A program made the position numbers and the translations under genes. Source: Macrostomum hystrix (taxonomy: Eukaryota; Animalia; Platyhelminthes). From it: DNA of 64,000 bases. Numbering within the stretch: the first letter of the stretch is position 1; every line of letters starts with the position of its first letter. The stretch is taken from assembly GCA_950097015.1 (NCBI GenBank), contig CATNEN010000033.1:4898001-4962000 (forward strand). Reading direction: 5' to 3'. Below the pieces are notes generated by a model. It saw nothing but the letters and a program-made list of their open reading frames with translations. It had not been told where the DNA came from and ran no database searches. This document shows positions 37,850 to 49,467 of this stretch, piece after piece.

Positions 37850-40800
37850 ATGCCAATTGAAAAGCAGAATGAGCCGACTACTCAACGGCGATTGCCGCTG
37901 ACGTTGCCATGGCAACCACCGCTATTGGAGGGCCTGAGCATAAAGCAGATGCAGCACAGCAGAGTGGGCAGCTACTTGCTGCAACAAGAACAAGCAGTCA
38001 GCGAGTACCGACCTGCGCTACAGGTGAGATTGCCAGCACAGCGGTATTTTTGTCAATGGGCTAGAAAACAGGCAATTGTGTCACAGGCAATTGTGTCACA
38101 GGCAATTGTGTCACAGGCAATTGTGTGACAGGCAATTGTTTCACAGGCAATTGTGTCACAGGCAATTGTGTCACAGGCAATTGTGTCACAGGCAATTGTG
38201 TCAAAGGCAATTGTGTCACAGGCAATTGTGTCACAGGCAATTGTGTCACAGGCAATTGTGTCAAAGGCAATTGTGTCACAGGCAATTGTGTCACAGGCAA
38301 TTGTGTCACAGGCAATTGTGTCACAGGCAATTGTGTCACAGGCAGTTGTGTCACAGGCAATTGTGTCACAGGCAATTGTGTCACAGGCAATTGTGTCAAA
38401 GGCAATTGTGTCACAGGCAATTGTGTCACAGGCAATTGTGTGACAGGCAATTGCGTCACAGGCAACAAAAAAATTAAAACAAAGTTCGATCCGTGCATCC
38501 TTTGTCGTCAGACATGTTTTGAACCGGACTGCAACTGACTATTTTGCCCCAATAAATCACTTCAGTGCACAATTTGGCCCGGCGAGTTCCTACCTGACTC
38601 AACTACCGCAGTCGCCCAGCGCACGGAAGACCAGCTGAAGCACCACCACAGCTGCGCTGCCAGCAGCCACTGGGGACTTGACTCCAGCCTCTGGCAATCC
38701 GAGTTCGGCAGCTGCTACAGTGGCGAGGCTGCGAACGGCCCGGTGAGTCCTTGGGCTAATGAAGGTGCTTAGACAGCTTATGAAACAATAGAATTGGAGG
38801 CTACACCTAGCTCAGATGGACAGCCGTATGTGCAGCTTGTGCAGCTCGTATGTACCGCTGTTCAGTCCGTGGACTCGAGAGCGCCGCCATGCACCCTCCC
38901 AAAGTTCTGCTCCAGCTGATGCTGGATACCTGGTTTTACAGGTGGGTGAATCAGGTGTCTGGCTGGCAATATACCTCGAAAAACCACGATCATCACCTTA
39001 GGCCTGCATCGAAGCCGACCTGTACAGAAGCCACGTCTTCCGTCCGGAGGACGGGCCGCTCAGAGAGACTTCCAAGATCTTCCTGCTCAGTTCCAGGCTT
39101 ACAAGCATGCCCCAGGTTTGATCCTTATTGTACCTGCTGTAGAATTAACTGACGAATCGGGAACAACCGAACAGCTCGTGTCCGACCCGCAGTCGCTGCT
39201 GCGGTCCGCGCCAGCCGGCTGCGACACGCGACAGGCGGCCGGACTGTCACTCTCGGCGACGCCGCCGAGGTATCCGCGCCCGAGCGCACGCCGCCCACCG
39301 CCGGGTTGTCCGACGGCGCCGTGGCACGCGCACTGGCCAACACCGGCCGTGGCCAGCCTGATCCGAAGCGGCGAAGACGAGGACTGGGACTGCAGCCTGC
39401 GCCACCCGCTGTTGGCTCCGCCGCCGCACCCGGAGCCGGAGCGATCGCCGGAGCTGGCCCACCGACGCCGTCGGGAGCAGCTCGAGACGCACTTTGGCGA
39501 GACGGCCGCAGCGGCGTCTGGCCTGCCAGTCAGGTGGGATTTCGGGTTTTTAGCTTTTTCAATTCTTCATCCAGCTATGATCCCTCCTAACAAAACCGAT
39601 CCCCGCGTGATCCAAGCAGAAGTACTTTCGCCGAAGCCTACGGCAGGGACACCACGGTGACCCACATCCGCAATGTCTACGACGCCCGGCGATTCCTGGA
39701 GGCCGATGCGGCTGCTGCCGCGATTCAATCCGGTGAAGCAACCGCGCCGGCAGTCAGGAGGCAGCCGGCAGCCGCGGTGATCTGCGCGGATCTCAAAAAG
39801 TCCACCTGGCAGGTGAATCGAAAACTGACCTTTAGGTTTTTTTCAAAAATAGAAGATTTGCGAAATTTTCTGTGAAAACCTAGTAGCTGCCATTTCGTTT
39901 CCATGAAGCCGTAATTGTGCTTCAAAAAAATATTACTCTTTTAAAAACTCTGTCTTTCAGTTACTTTAACACTATCGATTTTTTATTCTGAGAACTGTCT
40001 CATCGTGAACATTAGGTCTTCGAAAGCAATTTTCCCGCCCCGTAAAAGGTTTTTTGGCAGCGCCTGAATGCTAACAGCGTTGGGTGTTGACTGATTGGTT
40101 GACAGACTAGGCGATGGTGTCCTGTGGTTGAGCTGCGCCTAATAGTTAGGCTTGATCAGAGAAATTGGAGAAATTCGCGTCAGGGTGTCCATAGCGACCA
40201 TTTTCCACCTGTTGTAGCCCTTGAAGATTCAGTAGTCCGTCTAGATAAAGGTAGACGGAGATGATGCAGGCACATTCGGTTGACATGCTGATAAATTTTG
40301 AAGGCCTGGCAAGGCCACACTGAGGCGCAGTGCTAATTTGTGTATAGGAGTTTATGAAATAATATGAAATGTTAATGTTAATGTTAATGTTAATGTTTTT
40401 CAGTTCCCCTGCTAGACTCAGGCGGGTGTTGAGCTCATCATTTGAGTTTGAATTTAACATCGATTCTGCAGTTCTAAAAATCAGTTTTTTTCTAGCCTGA
40501 ACAATAAAATATTCAGTTCTGCGGGAAATTCTCTACTTTTTAACTCTAGACTGGAGCAATGGTAAAATCTTTTTTAAATTCACAAGCGGAATAATTTTTG
40601 TTCGCTTCCATGCTTCTGCATTGCTTTTTTCTGTCATTTCAACCGTTGACAACTTCCGCCCGCGCCCCGCAAGCCCGCTGATGCCGCTACGCCAGGGGCG
40701 GCCCTCAGCAGCACCTACCGGAAGGACTTCCGTCTGGAGTCCTACCCCAGGCCCTTCATCCAGCCGCCCATGGGCGACTCGGCGCCGCTGCCGAGGATCT

Positions 40801-43800
40801 GCGGCTCCGGGCTGTCCCAACACGGCGGCGCGACTCGCAGCGCCCACCCGGGGGAGGACTTCGGCTCGCTGGCCGTTCAGGTTCGCTACCGAGAATGCTC
40901 TTAACAAATCTCCCGAACAAGAATCTCCCGAACAAGAATCTTCCGAACAAGAATCTCCCGTACAAGAATCTCCCGAACAAGAATCTCCCGAACAAGAATC
41001 TTCCGAACAAGAATCTCCCGTACAAGAATCTCCCGAACAAGAATCTCCCGAACAAGAATCTCCCGAACAAGAATCTCCCGAACAAGAATCTTCTGAACAA
41101 GAATCTCCCGAACAAGAATCTCCCGTACAAGAATCTCCTGAACAAGAATCTCCCGAACAAGAATCTCCCGAACAAGAATCTCCCGAACAAGAATCTCCCG
41201 AACGAAAACGAATCTCCGCTACATGAGAATCTCCAGAGCGGAATATGCTACAAAATATGATTGCCAATGTTAAACAATTTTTATATTAATAAGCATTCGG
41301 AAAAATGAAATCTTCCTAAGCCGAGTGTCAGTATCCAGGAGCTTTAAATATCTCGATTTCTCTTCAAATGCGCACTCAGATACTGTCAGTAGTGCAAAAA
41401 GGAAAATTGAAATAAAAAATCACAGAAAGCTGAGAACGACCGGGCAGCCCGGGTGTCCGCCGAGTTATGCTTTATCGGAGCGGCTGGTCGGCGGGCGATA
41501 CGCGGCGGCGGCTCTGCCGGCTCTAGCTCCGGCCGGGGACGCTCGGTACATCGCGCCGACTATGCTGACTTTGGCAGTCGGGCGTACAAGGTGAGTTGGT
41601 TCGCATTGACGGCTGTGACAAACCCGATACTAGCTAGGATTGGAGACAATGACCCCCATCTTATGTAGGATTGGTGACAATGACCCCCATCTTAGGTAGG
41701 ATTGGTGACAATGACCCTTATCTTAGGTAGTGTCGGGCTATGTCAATTGTTAGTGCAGTCACTGTCGTTGTTGTAATAGTTCAGTTTATTTAAGTGCGCG
41801 CGCGCCACCCCCGCCGCTGTTATTTACTTTGATGTGTCTTATACAACCACCCATCCTCCACCCTATTGTTATCTCGTGTGATTGCTGAATCATGCCTGTC
41901 TGGCACAATATATATTGATCGAAGGTGCACGGCTAGAGTTTGCGCTTGTGACTGTCCTGCAACCTGCTCAATGCGTTTGCTTCTGTTCTTCAATTAACCA
42001 ACGACTTCACAGTGGCGACGAAGATGGCTGCGACTATTCCTACACTCTCTGCTAACTCTGATGTTGAGGTTTACATCGAGAGGCTAGATCAGTACCTGGT
42101 CTACAAGGAAGTTAAAGACGAAGTGAAGGTTGCAACCCTGATCACAGTCATTGGAGAAGAGGCATACAAGCTGCTCCGCAACCTGTGCCTGCCAGACGCA
42201 GTGTCCTCCAAGCCCTACGAAACGTTGACACAGCTGCTGAAGGATCACTACGCTCCAAAAACATCAATGCTCTCGGCCAGATTTCGTTTTCAGCAGCGCA
42301 TCCAGAGACCCGGCGAGAGCTTCACCGACTTCGTTGCCGGTCTCAAAGCAGCTTCTGAGCACTGCAAGTTCGGCATTACTCTGACCGAGAGGCTACGCGA
42401 CCAGCTCATCTTCGGCATACGCAGTGACGCCCACCGAGCGAAGCTTCTGGAAGTCGAGGATCCGACTTTTGATGCCCTGACTAAGAAGATTGAAACGCTG
42501 GAGACGGCAGAGATGTCCTCATCCGAGATGACACACAGGGCCGAGCCAGTGGCCCACCTGCGCCCGCACAGGAACCCGTCTGGAGCCAAGGGAGTCAAGG
42601 ACGTCAGCAGGCAAGCTCCTCGCCGGTCAGCTGCCAGCTTCGCTGACCCAGCTCGGGCAGCGCAGTCGTGCTCGGCCGCAAGTGCGTGTGCAAGCTGCGG
42701 CGGCGCCCATAGTCGGCAGCAGTGTAAGCTGCGCGAGGCCAAATGCCACGGCTGCGGTAAGGTCGGCCACATCCGGAAGGTGTGCAAGTCATCCAGGCTG
42801 CACAAAGTAGATCCCGAGCCGGCTGAGGCGCAGGAGCCCCTTTTCAGCCTTAGGCAAGGCGGATCAAGCAAGGGACTGGTAGTCAAGTTGCTTGTTCAGG
42901 GCAGCCCATGCTGTTTCGAGGTGGACACCGGGTCCGCCCTCACTGTCATACCCAAGAACCTGCAAGAGGAGGTCCTGCCGGACTTGCGCTTGTCGCCGAC
43001 CTCCACGGTGCTGCGTACCTACACTGGAGAAAGCTTTCGGCCAGTCGGGCAGGCGGAGGTCACCGTCCAGCACAACAGCCAGGACCTGCGGCTGCCACTG
43101 CTGGTCGTCGAACAAGGCGACGTCGCGTTGCTCGGCCGAGACTGGCTGGCGAAGCTGAAACTTGACTGGCCGAGGATCTTCGGGCAAGTCAACTCGGTGA
43201 CTGGCGAGGCGGATGGTCTGATCGCGCAGTTTCCCGAGGTCTTCCAAGGCGGCCTGGGCACCTATCGGCACGGCGAGGTGAAGCTGCACATGCCTGCGGA
43301 GGCTAAGCCACGCTTTTTCAAGGCCAGGCCGGTCCCCTACGCGCTCCGAGAACGCGTTGACGACGAGCTTCGGCGGATGGAGGCGGACGGCATCATCACA
43401 TCAGTCAAGTACTCAGACTGGGCGGCGCCCATCGTGCCCGTGGTTAAGAAGAACGGTGCAGTGCGGATCTGCGGAGACTATAAGCTGACCTACAATGCGG
43501 AGGCTACGCCAGAGCTGTACCCGCTGCCGCGCATCGAAGACTTGTTCGCTAAGTTGGGCGGCGGCTGCAAGTGGTCCAAGCTGGACATGTCGAACGCCTT
43601 TCTGCAGCTGCCCCTGTCTAAGGACAGTAAGATTTTCTTGACCATCAATACGCAGCGAGGTCTGTTCCAGCTGAACCGCATGCCATTTGGCATCAACTGC
43701 GCCAGCGCCGTGTTCCAGCGCACGCTCGACTCTCTGCTCGGTGACCTGGAGTCGGTGCAAGTCTTCGTTGACGATATCCTGGTGACAGGCAGAACTCTGC

Positions 43801-46594
43801 AGCATCATCGCGAGAATCTCACCAAGGTCCTTCAACGCCTCCAGGAGGCGGGTCTACGGTTAAACAAGGACAAGTGCGAGTTCTTCCGCGACTCGGTCGA
43901 TTACCTGGGCCATCGGATCGACAGCCAAGGTCTGCGGCCGCTGGCGGAGAAGGTGACGGCAGTGCAGGACGCGCCGGCGCCCACTGATTGCAGTCAGCTT
44001 CGAGCCTATCTCGGCATGCTAACTCACTACGGTAAGTTTCTGCCTCATCTGTCTACCGTGGTCGCTCCGCTCAACCAGTTGCTGACTAAGAACGCCCGCT
44101 GGTGCTGGGGAGAGCCCCAGCAGCTGTCCTTCCAGAGGTCCAAGCGCCTACTGCTCGAGTCCCCGGTGCTTGTTCACTACGACTCGAAGCTGCCGCTGCG
44201 ATTAGAGTGCGACGCCAGCCCCTACGGACTCGGCGTGGTGCTGACACATCGAATGGACGGCCAGGACCGAGCGATCGCCTTCGCCAGCCGCAGCCTGACT
44301 ACGGCTCAGAAGGGCTACTCGCAGCTGGACAAAGAGGCCCTTGCGATCATGTTCGGCCTCCAGCGTTTCAATCAGTTCCTGCAAGGCCGCAAATTTGTCA
44401 TCGTGACCGACCACAAGCCGCTCCTGGGACTTCTAGGCGAGCACAAAGGCATCCCTGAGCACGCGGCTGCCCGCATGCAGCGCTGGGCGATCCGCTTGGC
44501 TGGTTATGACTACGCGCTTGAGTTCCGGCCCACCAGCAAACACGCAAACTGCGATTCACTGTCCCGGCTGCCGCTGCCGAGACAGTTCGAGGAGGAGCCG
44601 GCCGTAAACGCCCTGCTGCTCGACGAGGAGACCGGGTCTGCTATCACGGCTCAGGCGGTGGCACGGCACACGCGTTCGGATGCTACCCTCGGCCGGGTGC
44701 TTCGCTGCCTGCAGACTGGCGCCCCGATGGCGTCGTCGGACCTGACGGACTTCGCGAGGCGGCAAGACGAGCTGAGCGTCGAGCAGGGCTGCGTGCTGTG
44801 GGGTGCCCGAGTAGTGGTACCGACGGCCCTGCGGCAAGGCGTGCTGGATGAGCTTCACCAGGCGCACCCCGGCATCAACCGCATGCGAGCGCTGGCCCGC
44901 AGCTACGTCTGGTGGCCCGGTCTGGACAGGCAGCTCGAGACGACCGTCAAGGCCTGCCGGACCTGCATGCTGAACCAGGCCGATCCGCCCAAGGCGCCGG
45001 TGCAGCCGTGGCCGTTCCCAGCCGAACCGTGGGCAAGGCTGCACATTGACTTCGCCGGGCCCGTCAACGGCCGCACCTACCTGGTCATTGTGGACGCCTT
45101 CAGTAAGTGGCCGGAGGTTCTGCAGGTGCACAGTGTGACGGCGGCGGCGACCATTGAGCGTCTTCGTGAGGTGTTCGCGAGACTTGGCATTCCGCGCGTG
45201 CTGGTCTCTGACAACGGCACGCAGTTTACCTCGGGGGAGTTCAGCGAGTTCACCAGGCGCAACGGCATTCGTCACGTCTTCTCGGCGCCCTTCCACCCGG
45301 CCACAAACGGCCAGGCGGAGAGATTCGTGCTGGTGCTCAAGCGACATCTGCTCAAGAGCGGCCACTCGACAGCCGCACTGCAACAAATGCTAATTTCCTA
45401 CCGCAACACGCCGCACTCAATCACCGGCGCGGCCCCCAGTCAGCTGCTCATCGGTCGCAGACTACGCAGCCGGCTGGACCTACTGATGCCATCGCTGACG
45501 AACAGCATGCAGCAGCGCCAAGAGCAGCAAGTGGAGCAGCAGCCGCGAGCACGCGAGTTCCATGCCGGCGACCCAGTGTTGCTGCGCGACTTCAGCTCGG
45601 ATGCCAGGACCGGCGGCGGCCGCTGGACAGAGGGCACTGTCGTTTCCGCCGGGTCCAGCAACTGCGCCGTCGATGTTCGCGGAACTATCCACCGGCGGCA
45701 CACAAACCAGCTGCTGTCGGCCGCCCTCCCACCGCCGACAACTCCCGTGACCCCGCTAGTAGTCACAGCCGAGGCACCGTCGACCTTGGCGGAGCCTGGC
45801 GGTCAGGACATCGAGGCGCCGACAGTCGGGGCAGCCGCCGACGCCACCGACGCCGCCGACGCTAGCGATGCAACGTCCCCGACAGACACACCAGCTCGTC
45901 GCTACCCGCAACGGCAAAGGCGACCACCCGAGCGGTTGCAATCGTGATTAGGGACTCGAATGGACTATGCGGATCGACTGGGATGTTTCTAGCCTAGGGG
46001 GGAGATGTCGGGCTATGTCAATTGTTAGTGCAGTCACTGTCGTTGTTGTAATAGTTTAGTTTATTTAAGTGCGCGCGCGCCACCCCCGCCGCTGTTATTT
46101 ACTTTGATGTGTCTTATACAACCACCCATCCTCCACCCTATTGTTATCTCGTGTGATTGCTGAATCATGCCTGTCTGGCACAATATATATTGATCGAAGG
46201 TGCACGGCTAGAGTTTGCGCTTGTGACTGTCCTGCAACCTGCTCAATGCGTTTGCTTCTGTTCTTCAATTAACCCACGACTTCACAGGTAGGATTGGTGA
46301 CAATGACCCCCATCTTAGGTAGGATTGGTGACAATGACCCCCATCTTAGGTAGTATTGGTGACAATGACCCCTATCTTAGGTAGGATTGGTGACAATGAC
46401 CCTTATCTTAGGTAGGATTGGGGACAATGACCCCCATAAGTTAGGCTGGTTACTACTGCTCGGCGTACCGCAAGCCCTTTTATAATTTGCGAATCCAGAA
46501 ACAGTCCAGATTTCCTGAACGAATGGCGTACAAAGGAGTGGCTGACAGCTTTCAGTACGGCATGGAGCTTCAGCATCAGCAGCAGCAGCTGTGA
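37850..46594 (+). CDS. Multi-exon gene, candidate ciliary microtubule inner protein (SAXO5/TEX45-like repeats)
   Basis: Phase-consistent GT-AG exons 37850-38023, 38566-38742, 38816-38941, 39002-39115, 39175-39533, 39620-39812, 40674-40880. Then an exon ending at 41590 and a last exon starting at 46445, with ambiguous frame for these two. Repeated units SSHW..WQSEFGSCY, ETHF..STFAEAY, KSTW..SSTYRKDF and SVHRADY. Confidence 0.55.
38066..38463. repeat. 15-bp minisatellite (ACAGGCAATTGTGTC), ~26 copies (intronic)
   Basis: Tandem array. Confidence 0.95.
40910..41205. repeat. 15-bp minisatellite (AACAAGAATCTCCCG), ~20 copies (intronic)
   Basis: Tandem array. Confidence 0.94.
41731..46286 (+). mobile_element. 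Ty3/Gypsy LTR retrotransposon, Mag-like, full length and recent
   Basis: TG..CA LTRs at 41731-42011 and 46006-46286 (281 bp, 2 mismatches seen). TSD GGTAG at 41726-41730 and 46287-46291. PBS-position motif TGGCGACGAAG at 42013; PPT AGGGGGGAGA at 45996-46005. Confidence 0.97.
42024..45947 (+). CDS. Single-ORF Gag-Pol (Gag, 2 zinc knuckles, PR, RT, RNase H, IN), 1307 aa
   Basis: CASCGGAH..C and CHGCGKVGH..C knuckles, VDTGS protease, FVDD RT, CDAS..DKEALA..TDH RNase H, HHCC plus HIDF/SDNG/AERF integrase. No env. Confidence 0.96.
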   Translation: MAATIPTLSANSDVEVYIERLDQYLVYKEVKDEVKVATLITVIGEEAYKLLRNLCLPDAVSSKPYETLTQLLKDHYAPKTSMLSARFRFQQRIQRPGESFTDFVAGLKAASEHCKFGITLTERLRDQLIFGIRSDAHRAKLLEVEDPTFDALTKKIETLETAEMSSSEMTHRAEPVAHLRPHRNPSGAKGVKDVSRQAPRRSAASFADPARAAQSCSAASACASCGGAHSRQQCKLREAKCHGCGKVGHIRKVCKSSRLHKVDPEPAEAQEPLFSLRQGGSSKGLVVKLLVQGSPCCFEVDTGSALTVIPKNLQEEVLPDLRLSPTSTVLRTYTGESFRPVGQAEVTVQHNSQDLRLPLLVVEQGDVALLGRDWLAKLKLDWPRIFGQVNSVTGEADGLIAQFPEVFQGGLGTYRHGEVKLHMPAEAKPRFFKARPVPYALRERVDDELRRMEADGIITSVKYSDWAAPIVPVVKKNGAVRICGDYKLTYNAEATPELYPLPRIEDLFAKLGGGCKWSKLDMSNAFLQLPLSKDSKIFLTINTQRGLFQLNRMPFGINCASAVFQRTLDSLLGDLESVQVFVDDILVTGRTLQHHRENLTKVLQRLQEAGLRLNKDKCEFFRDSVDYLGHRIDSQGLRPLAEKVTAVQDAPAPTDCSQLRAYLGMLTHYGKFLPHLSTVVAPLNQLLTKNARWCWGEPQQLSFQRSKRLLLESPVLVHYDSKLPLRLECDASPYGLGVVLTHRMDGQDRAIAFASRSLTTAQKGYSQLDKEALAIMFGLQRFNQFLQGRKFVIVTDHKPLLGLLGEHKGIPEHAAARMQRWAIRLAGYDYALEFRPTSKHANCDSLSRLPLPRQFEEEPAVNALLLDEETGSAITAQAVARHTRSDATLGRVLRCLQTGAPMASSDLTDFARRQDELSVEQGCVLWGARVVVPTALRQGVLDELHQAHPGINRMRALARSYVWWPGLDRQLETTVKACRTCMLNQADPPKAPVQPWPFPAEPWARLHIDFAGPVNGRTYLVIVDAFSKWPEVLQVHSVTAAATIERLREVFARLGIPRVLVSDNGTQFTSGEFSEFTRRNGIRHVFSAPFHPATNGQAERFVLVLKRHLLKSGHSTAALQQMLISYRNTPHSITGAAPSQLLIGRRLRSRLDLLMPSLTNSMQQRQEQQVEQQPRAREFHAGDPVLLRDFSSDARTGGGRWTEGTVVSAGSSNCAVDVRGTIHRRHTNQLLSAALPPPTTPVTPLVVTAEAPSTLAEPGGQDIEAPTVGAAADATDAADASDATSPTDTPARRYPQRQRRPPERLQS

Positions 46595-47017
46595 CAATTT
46601 GCCGTGTGATGAGCCAACCAGAAAAAAGTAACTATTTTGCTTTTTCTTTCATATTTGAATTCGTAATTTTTAGAAATGAACTTTTTGTGATTAAAAAACT
46701 GTTTCTCTGGCACTCTCCTCCCAGCTACTGTAAGTCAAATACTTGTCCTTCTGTTACTGCAACAGAGAGGGTCTACTACTCAGAGTAGTATCAGAGTACA
46801 CATTGAACTTGTGACTTCAGTCACGCCTGCTCGCTTTCTAAACGCCTTTCAAATAGTTTTTTTTACTAAAATATGCCACGAAACATTCAAATTTCTTTTG
46901 GTGTTATTAAATAAATCAAAGCAGGCTTCAGATACAAGTTGATGAAGTTATTTTCGTCCTTATGGCTCAACTTGTTTCACTTTGGATTTCAAATTAAAAG
47001 ATGCGAAACAAAATAAC

Positions 47018-47091
47018 TGGTCGGGGAGGGGCTCGAACCCTCGACCTTCGCGTTATCAGCACGACGCTCTAACCAACTGAGCTACACGACC
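47018..47091 (-). tRNA. tRNA-Ile with GAU anticodon
   Basis: GGTCGTGTAGCTCAGTTGGTTAGAGCGTCGTGCTGATAACGCGAAGGTCGAGGGTTCGAGCCCCTCCCCGACCA folds as a cloverleaf with anticodon loop CT-GAT-AA. A and B boxes intact, one acceptor-stem mismatch (U6:C67), downstream TTTT. Confidence 0.88.
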
Positions 47092-47354
47092 TTGTTACAG
47101 GACAAGGATAATTGGTTGGCCTAAATACATGACTGAGTCCCCAGCTCACGGTAGCTGATTTTATCATTATCTGCCCTGAAACAGAAATTTATAAATAACT
47201 CAAGCACAACTCAGATAAGAAATAAGAATTCGTTCTTATCAGTCTTGATTGAAATAACTGCTGGCCTCACGCACAGTTAAAAACTCGTATTTACAAGATT
47301 TTGTGCGGCTAAAACCTTTACTTATCCACCTACCTGTACTCTGCCTCTATCCCA

Positions 47355-47762
47355 TCTCCCACCCTCCTCTCCTATAACTCACCCCTCCTCTCCCATCTCT
47401 CACCCTCCTCTCCCATCTCTCACCCTCCTCTCCCATCTCTCACCCCTCGTCTCCCATCTCTCACCCCTCGTCTCTCATCTCTCACCCCTCGTCTCCCATC
47501 TCTCACCCCTCGTCTCCCATCTCTCACCCTCGTCTCCCATCTCTCACCCCTCGTCTCCCATCTCTCACCCCTCCTCTCTCATCTCTCACCCCTCCTCTCC
47601 CATCTCTCACCCCTCCTCTCCCATCTCCCACCCTCCTCTCCCATCTCTCACCCTCCTCTCCCATCTCTCACCCTCCTCTCCCATCTCTCACCCTCCTCTC
47701 CCATAACTCACCCCTCCTCTCCCATCTCTCACCCTCCTCTCCCATCTCTCACCCTCCTCTCC
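47355..47762. repeat. 20-21-bp pyrimidine-rich minisatellite (CACCCTCCTCTCCCATCTCT)
   Basis: Tandem array. Confidence 0.93.
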
Positions 47763-47858
47763 CCTGTATCGTGAAGCAGGCAGTGGTATTAGAAATACCC
47801 CCGTGTTCGTCCTCCATTAAGGCAAAAATAGCCTTTCTTCTGTTAACCCAGAGTTGTG

Positions 47859-48616
47859 CTACTCATAGTAGAACCAGTAGGCCGCGGCCGAGGCCACGAA
47901 GGTCGGCCTGTCCAGGCTGGCGGTGGCGCTGCCGTCGCAGCTGGCGTCCAGCAGGCAGCGCGACGCCTCGACGCAGCCCTGGCGAGCCTTCTGCGCCACG
48001 CCGGCTGTCACAACTAGTTTGAAGCGGCGCGAACCGGTCAGGGCCGACTTCAGACGCCGCTTGGCGTCCTCGGCGACCATGCGGACCAGGCGGGCGCTGG
48101 CCCGCGGGCAGTACAGCGAGTCGCCCAGGAAGAATTGCAGGCTGTGCCGCAGCACCTGGCCCGGCTCGCCTGGCGCAGCGAAGGCCGGTCCGAGCGGCTG
48201 GGTTCGGTAGGTGCTGTCCGCGCCGCGGCCGGCCCCGCCAACCCGGCGGCCGTGCAGCGCGGCGTTGGCCGCCGCCTGGGCCTGCAGCCGGACGCGGACC
48301 TCGCGCAAACGCCGCTTCAGTGTCATGAGCATCGCCAGGCTGAGCTGTCGCCCGGCCGCCTGCGATGTCACGGGGGATTAGGGTCTTACTTGAGCTGACT
48401 GCACAAAGTTCCGATCAATGCTCATTTTTTACTTACCTTCGAGCTCGCATGATGCAGCTGATGATGCTGACTGCTTGGAGTCTTGGATCCGGTTTCCTCC
48501 CAGCGAAAATGATGGCCCTGCTGCTGCTGCTGCTCATGCTGATGCTGCGGTGGCAGGCTGAGCTGCACGGAGTGCGGCTGCTGCCTGAGTCGCTTGTGAG
48601 ACCCACCGACTGGCAT
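47859..48616 (-). CDS. TCTEX1D-like: Tctex-1 domain dynein light chain-like protein, ~226 aa, 2 exons
   Basis: Exons 48616-48437 and 48359-47859. C-terminal Tctex-1 pattern STYRTQP...RFKLVV...ASRCLLD...D..ATAS...FVASAAAYWFYYE. Confidence 0.85.
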
Positions 48617-49467
48617 TGTAGCTGCTCAGAACAGTGGGAGAGAGATTGCCGCTATGATACTAATCTCACAAGCAAATCCAGCACATAATCCTCTGTAGAT
48701 AATCACTATTATAAAATCACACGGTGGATAATCCCTTCCCATAATCCTAGTGTGGATAATCCCTTCCCATAATCCTACTGCGGATAATCCCTTCCATTAA
48801 CCCTTCCGCGGATAACCCTTAGTTAGTTCTCCTACAGCAGTGGATTATCAATATCCCCAAATCCGTCAGTGGATAATCCTAGTAAAATACGAGCCTAATC
48901 CTCCTGTGACAATGGCGCACAAAGCGTTACTTTATGGAATAGCAACCATTAAATAAATGAATTTCTACTGCATTCTATAATCCAAAAGAAAAGCAGTGCA
49001 ACTCACAATAACAATTCAGTGCTTGCCGGCTGAGTAGTACCAAAACCTTGGCGACACCAATGAGTTAGCCCAGCATTTAATCAAATGGGATCAGCACAGT
49101 GTGGAAACATCGCCCATGATCCTCTACTCAATGTACACCCAATCCCAATCCTATTCTACCCTCGTTCCCCTTAGCAACCGATTGCCAAATCCCGGCGTGC
49201 ACTGAAGCAATAACATATTAATCCCGCAGTTTTATCGCAACCCTTAAACACCCGTTGTCATGGCGACGCACAGCACAGTATGCCGATAACACAAAATTTA
49301 TTATTCATCTAAGAGTTTTGGCCAACCCAGGCAGACTGACCGAGAAATACAGCAGTGTCAGACCGGCAATCAATAATTAACCATCACAGCACTTTGCGGA
49401 TGCTGACATCGGCATGTGAGCACGACGGCCTTCCCGCGGCGATCTTGTGCACAAGCGTACTGAGGTG

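Larger units (their letters stand above)
41635..46440. repeat. 31-bp minisatellite (GTAGGATTGGTGACAATGACCCCCATCTTAG), ~8 copies, split by the Gypsy insertion
   Basis: About 3 units at 41635-41730 and about 5 units at 46287-46440. Confidence 0.92.

Noticed and set aside
42290-45941. Antisense and alternate-frame ORFs over the Gypsy (likewise over the LINE and Tc1)
   Set aside because: Expected shadow ORFs of GC-rich coding sequence; no env-like or other domain evident.
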